DNA of 63,334 bases, the filler included, from an uncultured Gemmatimonadota bacterium (lineage in GTDB: Bacteria; GCA-2686955): NCBI GenBank assembly GCA_964490075.1. It is 3 parts of 3 records of this genome, joined end to end, with 100 filler letters (N's around TTAATTAATTAA, not from the genome) between each part and the next. Parts side by side here need not be neighbours in the genome. Positions count along the whole stretch, not along the records: positions 31,038 to 60,646 come from CAZBBK010000072.1; positions 60,747 to 63,334 come from CAZBBK010000130.1; 1 more part is not named here. One strand, written 5' to 3'. Below the pieces are notes generated by a model. That model saw nothing but the letters and a program-made list of their open reading frames with translations. It was not told the origin of the DNA and searched no databases. Position numbers and translations under genes: made by a program. Positions 58,678 to 63,334 of this stretch are shown here, piece by piece. How positions within the stretch are numbered: position 1 is the stretch's first letter; each line of letters starts with the position of its first letter.

Positions 58678-59322
58678 GTGAGAGCGACGCATCCGAGCCC
58701 GGTGGCCGACCTGGGTCTCTCGCTGGCACTGCACGCGGTGGTGCTCGGCCTGGTCGCCTTGAGCCTGCCCGGTGAGAGCGCTTCGCGCGTGCCGCTGGTC
58801 TACCGTGTCGACCTGGTGCCCGCACCGCGCCCCGCACCACCGCGGCCCGTGCCGCAGCCCGAACGCCCGGCCGAGCCGCCCAAGGAGACCCAGGCACGCC
58901 CGCGCATGCGAGAGCAGGCGCGACCGCTGCCGCGGGCCGACCAGCCGACCCCACAGGCCCGGCGCGAGCCCGCGATCGAGCCGCGGCCGGCCGATCCCGC
59001 GCCCGCGGCGCCGGCGCTGGGACCTGTGCAGCTCGAAGGAGAGGTGCGAGTCGCCGATCCCTATCTGCGCCAGATCGTGACCCGCATCCACCGCGGCTGG
59101 CGCAATGCCCGCAGCGCGGGAGCGGCGCGCTGCGTGGTCTACTTCCGCATCGTCGCCGACGGGCGGGTCGAAGGGATCCGCATCGAGAGCGGCTCCGGCA
59201 GTGCCGCCTTCGATCGCGCGGCGCTCGGCGCGGTGAAGCGCGTGGGGCGCTTCCAGCCCCTTCCTCCCACGGTCCGCGATCGCGCCCTGGGGGTCCATTT
59301 CGAATTTCGGCAGGAGGGGTGA
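58678..59322 (+). CDS. tolA: TolA/TonB-like energy transducer
   Basis: S..LH TM anchor, Pro-rich linker, Y...I..RI...W...F.I..DG.V....SGS..FDRAAL.AV C-domain; lies between tolR and tolB. Confidence 0.8.
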   Translation: MRATHPSPVADLGLSLALHAVVLGLVALSLPGESASRVPLVYRVDLVPAPRPAPPRPVPQPERPAEPPKETQARPRMREQARPLPRADQPTPQARREPAIEPRPADPAPAAPALGPVQLEGEVRVADPYLRQIVTRIHRGWRNARSAGAARCVVYFRIVADGRVEGIRIESGSGSAAFDRAALGAVKRVGRFQPLPPTVRDRALGVHFEFRQEG

Positions 59323-59329
59323 GCCGATC

Positions 59330-60646
59330 GTGAAAGCCGGACGACTCGCCGCAACTCTGCTGCTCCTGCTCTGGTGCACGGTTCGATCGTCGGCCGAGGA
59401 TGTCTACCTGGGCCTGCGGCGCTCGGGCCTGCAGCCGATCCTGGTCGGGCTGCCGCGCTTCGCCGGCGCGGCCGGCGACGACGCCGCGAGCCGGGCGCTG
59501 CGCGAGGTGCTGATCGCCGATCTCGAGTTCAGCGTCCTGGTCGAGCCGGTGAGCGACCCCTCGCGGCGCCGCCGCTCCCGCTACAGCGACGCCGTCGACA
59601 ACCTGCGGCGGCTTCTGGGTGGCGCCGGCGCCGAGCCGGAGCCCGCGCCGGTGGCGCCCGACAGTGCGACCTGGGTCCATCGATCTGCGCTGCTGAGAGC
59701 CACCATCCCCTTCGCGGTGGTCTGGGAACACGCCGGAGTGGGAATCGCGCTCTCGGCGAGCATCGACGCACACGCCAGCGGAGAGGCGGCGGCGTCGAGC
59801 CTGAGATACGAGCTGAACTTCGTGGAGGGCGGAGAGCCGCTGGCCGCCGGAACGCGGCCGCTGGACACCGAAAACGCGCGCGACCTGGCCCACGAGATCG
59901 CCGACGCGGTGGTGCTGGCGGCGGCCGGTGAGCCGGGCATCGCCCGCAGCCGCATCGCCTACGCCCGCCCCGAGAGCGGGCGGGTGCGACGCATCGTGGT
60001 GGCCGACTATGACGGCGGCCGGGCACTGGCGATCGGCCGCGACGACGACGAGGCGTTGATGCCCGCCTTCTTCCCGGGGGACCGGCGCCTGGCCTGCATC
60101 CGTTACGGCGCTGGCGGACCCGACCTGATCGCCTATACCTTGCCACCCGCGCCGGCCGGCGAGTCGATCCTCTCGGCCCGTCCGGGGCTCGAGTCGACCC
60201 CGGCCGTCGCACCCGACGGCAGCAAAATCGCCTTCACTCTCTCCAAGGGCGGCAACAGCGATCTCTACGTGGTGGCGGCACGGGGCGGAACGCCGCGGCG
60301 ATTGACCTCGGCGCCGGGAATCGACACCTCGCCGTCCTGGTCGCCCACCGGCGGGCAGCTGGTCTTCACCTCGGACCGCTCCGGATCTCCATCGCTCTAC
60401 GTCATGGGCGACACCGGGCTCGCGCAACGGAATCTGTTGTTGCAGCGAGGCTACCTGGACGCCGCCGCCTGGTCGCCGCGCGGCGACCGCATCGCCTATG
60501 TCGCAAGAGAAAATGGACGCTTCCACGTTTTTTCGGTCGATCCGCTCGGCGGCATGCCGCACCGCCTCACCGACCGAGGAAACAACGAAAGTCCTTGCTG
60601 GTCACCGGACGGCCTGCATCTGATATTCTCCTCCGATCGCAGCGGC
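59330..60646 (+). CDS. tolB: TolB beta-propeller (3' truncated by contig end)
   Basis: AHEIAD.V, SRIAY, ADYDG, PD40 repeats (PDGSKIAF, SPSWSP.G.QLVFTSDRSG, WSP.GDRIAY, WSPDG). Confidence 0.9.
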
Positions 60647-60746
60647 NNNNNNNNNNNNNNNNNNNNNNNNNNNNNNNNNNNNNNNNNNNNTTAATTAATT
60701 AANNNNNNNNNNNNNNNNNNNNNNNNNNNNNNNNNNNNNNNNNNNN
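60647..60746. other. Artificial contig linker
   Basis: N run with central TTAATTAATTAA, 100 nt. Confidence 0.98.
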
Positions 60747-61477
60747 GCGGTGGTGAAATCGCAGTCGCTGATCACGGCCGCCACGCCCTGCTGCGTCTCG
60801 ATTCCGATGCGATGCCCATCGAAGCTGGTCCGGGACACCGAGGGTGGCGCCGATCCCGGCGTGTTGAAGACAATGGCGACATCGTTGTCTTGGAAGGAGC
60901 AGTCCTGCAGCGTGACACCGTCCCCCTGGTGGGCGTGCAGCCCGAAGCCGGACGACTCGGCCACCGTCACATTGGTCAATGTCGGGCTGCTGGTGTCCCA
61001 GCACTGCAGCGCGGCTCCGATGCCCTTGAGGTTGTCGGCACCGGCGTTGCGAACCTCGCACCAGGTCATGAGCGAGGGGCCATAGGCCCCGGATTCCAGC
61101 GCGAAGTAGAGGCCGGACCACGAGCCGCTCTGGCCATTCGCGGCGTCGAAGAGCACCGGCGAGCTCTGGCTACCCTGGGCTTCGAGCCGGCCGCGGGCGT
61201 AGTAGCCGAAGCCGTCGGGAATCGCGATCTGCAGCGAGGTGGCCGGCTCGAAGAGCACCGTCGTGCCAGCCTGGATGGTCAGCATGGCGTTGTTGCGGAC
61301 GGTGATCGTGGCGGTGACGCGATAGGGAGAGCCGCCGCTGTTCCAGGTGGTGTGGGCGACGATGTCGGAATCGACGATGGTCTCGGCGCGGGCGCCGGCC
61401 GGCGCGAGAGCCGGCAGCGTTGCGAGCACGAGGACGCTACGAGAAACCGAGGGCCGGGGGCGGGGGGGACGGGGCAC
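60747..61477 (-). CDS. Secreted right-handed beta-helix repeat protein (3' truncated)
   Basis: Signal peptide ending AGARA; TTW...GSPY.V...ITV....LTI.AG..V.F, G.L.A.G....PV.F, W.GL.F. The GTG start at 61477 is inferred. Confidence 0.78.
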
Positions 61478-62656
61478 GAAGACCTGCCGGCTGGGGGGAA
61501 TCGGGGATCGGTCGATCCATGATAACGGCGGACGCGCGCCCGCGCCCGCGCCCGCGGCCACAGCTGACCTTCCGATATGGCGCCTCTCGAGCGACGCACT
61601 TCGCGAAGAACCGCGGGCCCAGCGGGAGTCCACCAGTCTCCAGGGTTCCATGCGCGGTTGGCAGAGCGCGCTCGACCGCGCTTCTTCGCGTGTCCCTGCC
61701 CCTGCCTTTGCCCGATTCCCGCCGCCCGTCGGGAAAGGACTCTTCACCATTCGGCAATGAAAGACGCCGGGGCTGCGACCAAGGACGCCACTCGGGAGCC
61801 TTGGTCTTGCGCCGATCGCCGATCGTGGAAAGGGGGGGGGACGCAATCGGCGGCTCGAAGGATGTGGGACTCGAGAGCATCGCCGCGTCCGCAGGGAATC
61901 GCGGCGCCAGCCGCGGCTCTGCTGGTCCCGTCGCCGAAACCGCCCAGGCATTCTCGACCGGCCCGGACGCCGCGCCGCGGGACTCCCGCTCTTCAGAGCA
62001 GCTCGGTGACTGGACCGCGCCCCCTTCCATCCAGCCCACGCGAGGCTCCACGATCCCCGCGCCTGCTTCAACGGTCCGCGCAATCGCCGCGGTGCGCCTG
62101 GTCACGACTCATGAGCCAGAGACAGGGCAGAGCTCCTGGTGCGAAGCGCGGAGCTGGATCACCGATCTTTGGTGACACTACCGGAGCTGGCGGTTCACCT
62201 CGCGAAGCCGCTCCACGAGCAGCTCCACAACCGCGGTGGCATTCCACTTGCGGATTCGTCGGGGTGACAGGGCGCGGCCGATCGCCTCACATTGAGCCTC
62301 GCGGGCGCTCTCCGACGTGGGAACCAGTTCTCCCTCGCCCGGCCCCGACACAAAGCCCAGCTCCGCGCCCGGAACCGCGAGTCATGAAGCCTCTTCGCGA
62401 CACATCTCACCACTCTCGATCGAGAGTGCGGAGCCACGACCGTATATCCGCCACACATCGCGATGAACCCGGAGCCACGACCGTATTCGCGTCGTACCTC
62501 GCGACTCTCGATCGAGATCGCCGCGTCGTGACCAGAATCTGGCCGCAACCTCCGGCTCCTCGATCGGAGTCGCGAGCTACGACCCGATTCCGGCTCTGAT
62601 GCTACGACGCCGGAACGAGGCGGGCGCCCGCTGAACGGGGCATTCGTGCGGATCTA

Positions 62657-62677
62657 GATTCCGGCTTTCGCCGGAAT
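62657..62677 (-). repeat. REP/dRS3-like palindrome, second copy
   Basis: GATTCCGGCTTTCGCCGGAAT is the reverse complement of 8454-8474. Confidence 0.8.
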
Positions 62678-62771
62678 CCGAGGTTTCGATATGGCGGGCC
62701 CTTACGCAGGGAGCGGCCGGCGCGCGACGAGCCTGCCCCTGCCAAGGGTCAGCAGCGGAATCCGGTCTCAT

Positions 62772-63022
62772 CGCGGTCGCTCGCGGCGGCTGAGTCGGGT
62801 CAGCGGGTAGTTTCGGTCACTCCGCGGTCGTCCGCGGCGGCTGAGCCTGGTCAGGGGGCGGTTTTGGTCGCTCCGCGGTCGTTCGGGGCATCTGAGCCGT
62901 GTCAGCGGGCGGTGTTGGTCACTCCGCGGTCGCCCGCGGCGGCTGAGTCGGGTCAGCGGGCGGTTTTGGTCGATCTGCGGTCGTCCGCGGCTGCTGAGCC
63001 TGGTCAGCGGGCGGTCTTGGTT
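62772..63022. repeat. 51-bp tandem repeat, about 5 copies
   Basis: TGAG anchor at 62791, 62842, 62893, 62944 and 62995 (exact 51-nt period); each unit carries CTGA-N6-TCAG. Confidence 0.95.
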
Positions 63023-63334
63023 CTGGCGCTTCGACGTAGCGGGCCTGTACGCAGGGAGCGGCCGGCACGCGAAGAGCTTACCCCTGCCCGACCGGCGGCG
63101 GGAATCGGTACAGGGCATGGGCAGGGGCACGTTGGGAGGGGTTCCGGGCGCTCTCCGCGTAGAGGAGGCGCCATATCGAAACCTCAGCCCACCTTATTCA
63201 CCAACTCGCTACTGCAACGGCGCAGGTCCGCACGTGGCCGGCACTTCCCGCACTTGTCTCTTGTGCGACGTAGGTGAAACTACGTGTCATGCTCCCACAA
63301 TTCCTGCCGCAAATCGGGCCAGAGATTCCGCAAG

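Noticed and set aside
61450..61500. G-rich tracts in the signal-peptide region as a phase-variation switch
   Set aside because: Runs are only 5-7 nt in ~70% GC DNA and the frame is intact.
62195..62465. SRAP-like start (MCGGYT) on the minus strand
   Set aside because: Only a few residues resemble MCGRY; no further family motifs, and it overlaps the direct-repeat tract.
62772..63022. Possible CRISPR array
   Set aside because: The whole 51-bp unit is repeated, with no unique spacers and no cas genes.

Overview
High-GC bacterial DNA from a diderm organism (Tol system, signal peptidase I, sigma54 motifs). I cannot assign the taxon with confidence. The window is three separate contigs joined by artificial 100-nt N linkers containing TTAATTAATTAA (30938-31037, 60647-60746), so adjacency across those points is meaningless. 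Contig 1: a secreted beta-helix protein; a minus-strand run of receiver-like gene-addB-addA-LarA-like (frameshifted)-cstA; a PEP-synthase-like ATP-grasp gene separated from its divergent receiver-domain partner by a ~1.85-kb insert flanked by 96-bp direct repeats; a NosL/ABC cluster without nosZ; a LamG glycoside-hydrolase-like gene fused to a decayed sigma54-activator/FG-GAP region; rfbB; and an atypical type-2 ileS. Contig 2: a DEDDh exonuclease, three tRNAs (two abutting with no spacer), an ECF sigma/anti-sigma/YbjQ/MMPL/glycosyltransferase operon, lepB-suhB, oppABC, a candidate sigma54-driven five-hairpin sRNA, a two-component pair, an M14 peptidase, a transglutaminase-like TPR protein and tolQRAB. 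Contig 3: the 5' part of a beta-helix gene and a repeat-rich non-coding tract. Best novelty candidates: the split PEP-synthase-like kinase/receiver pair, the GCCCC-loop sRNA, and a C-terminal Ig-like domain shared by unrelated secreted proteins. All family calls come from motif recognition by eye, not database searches.
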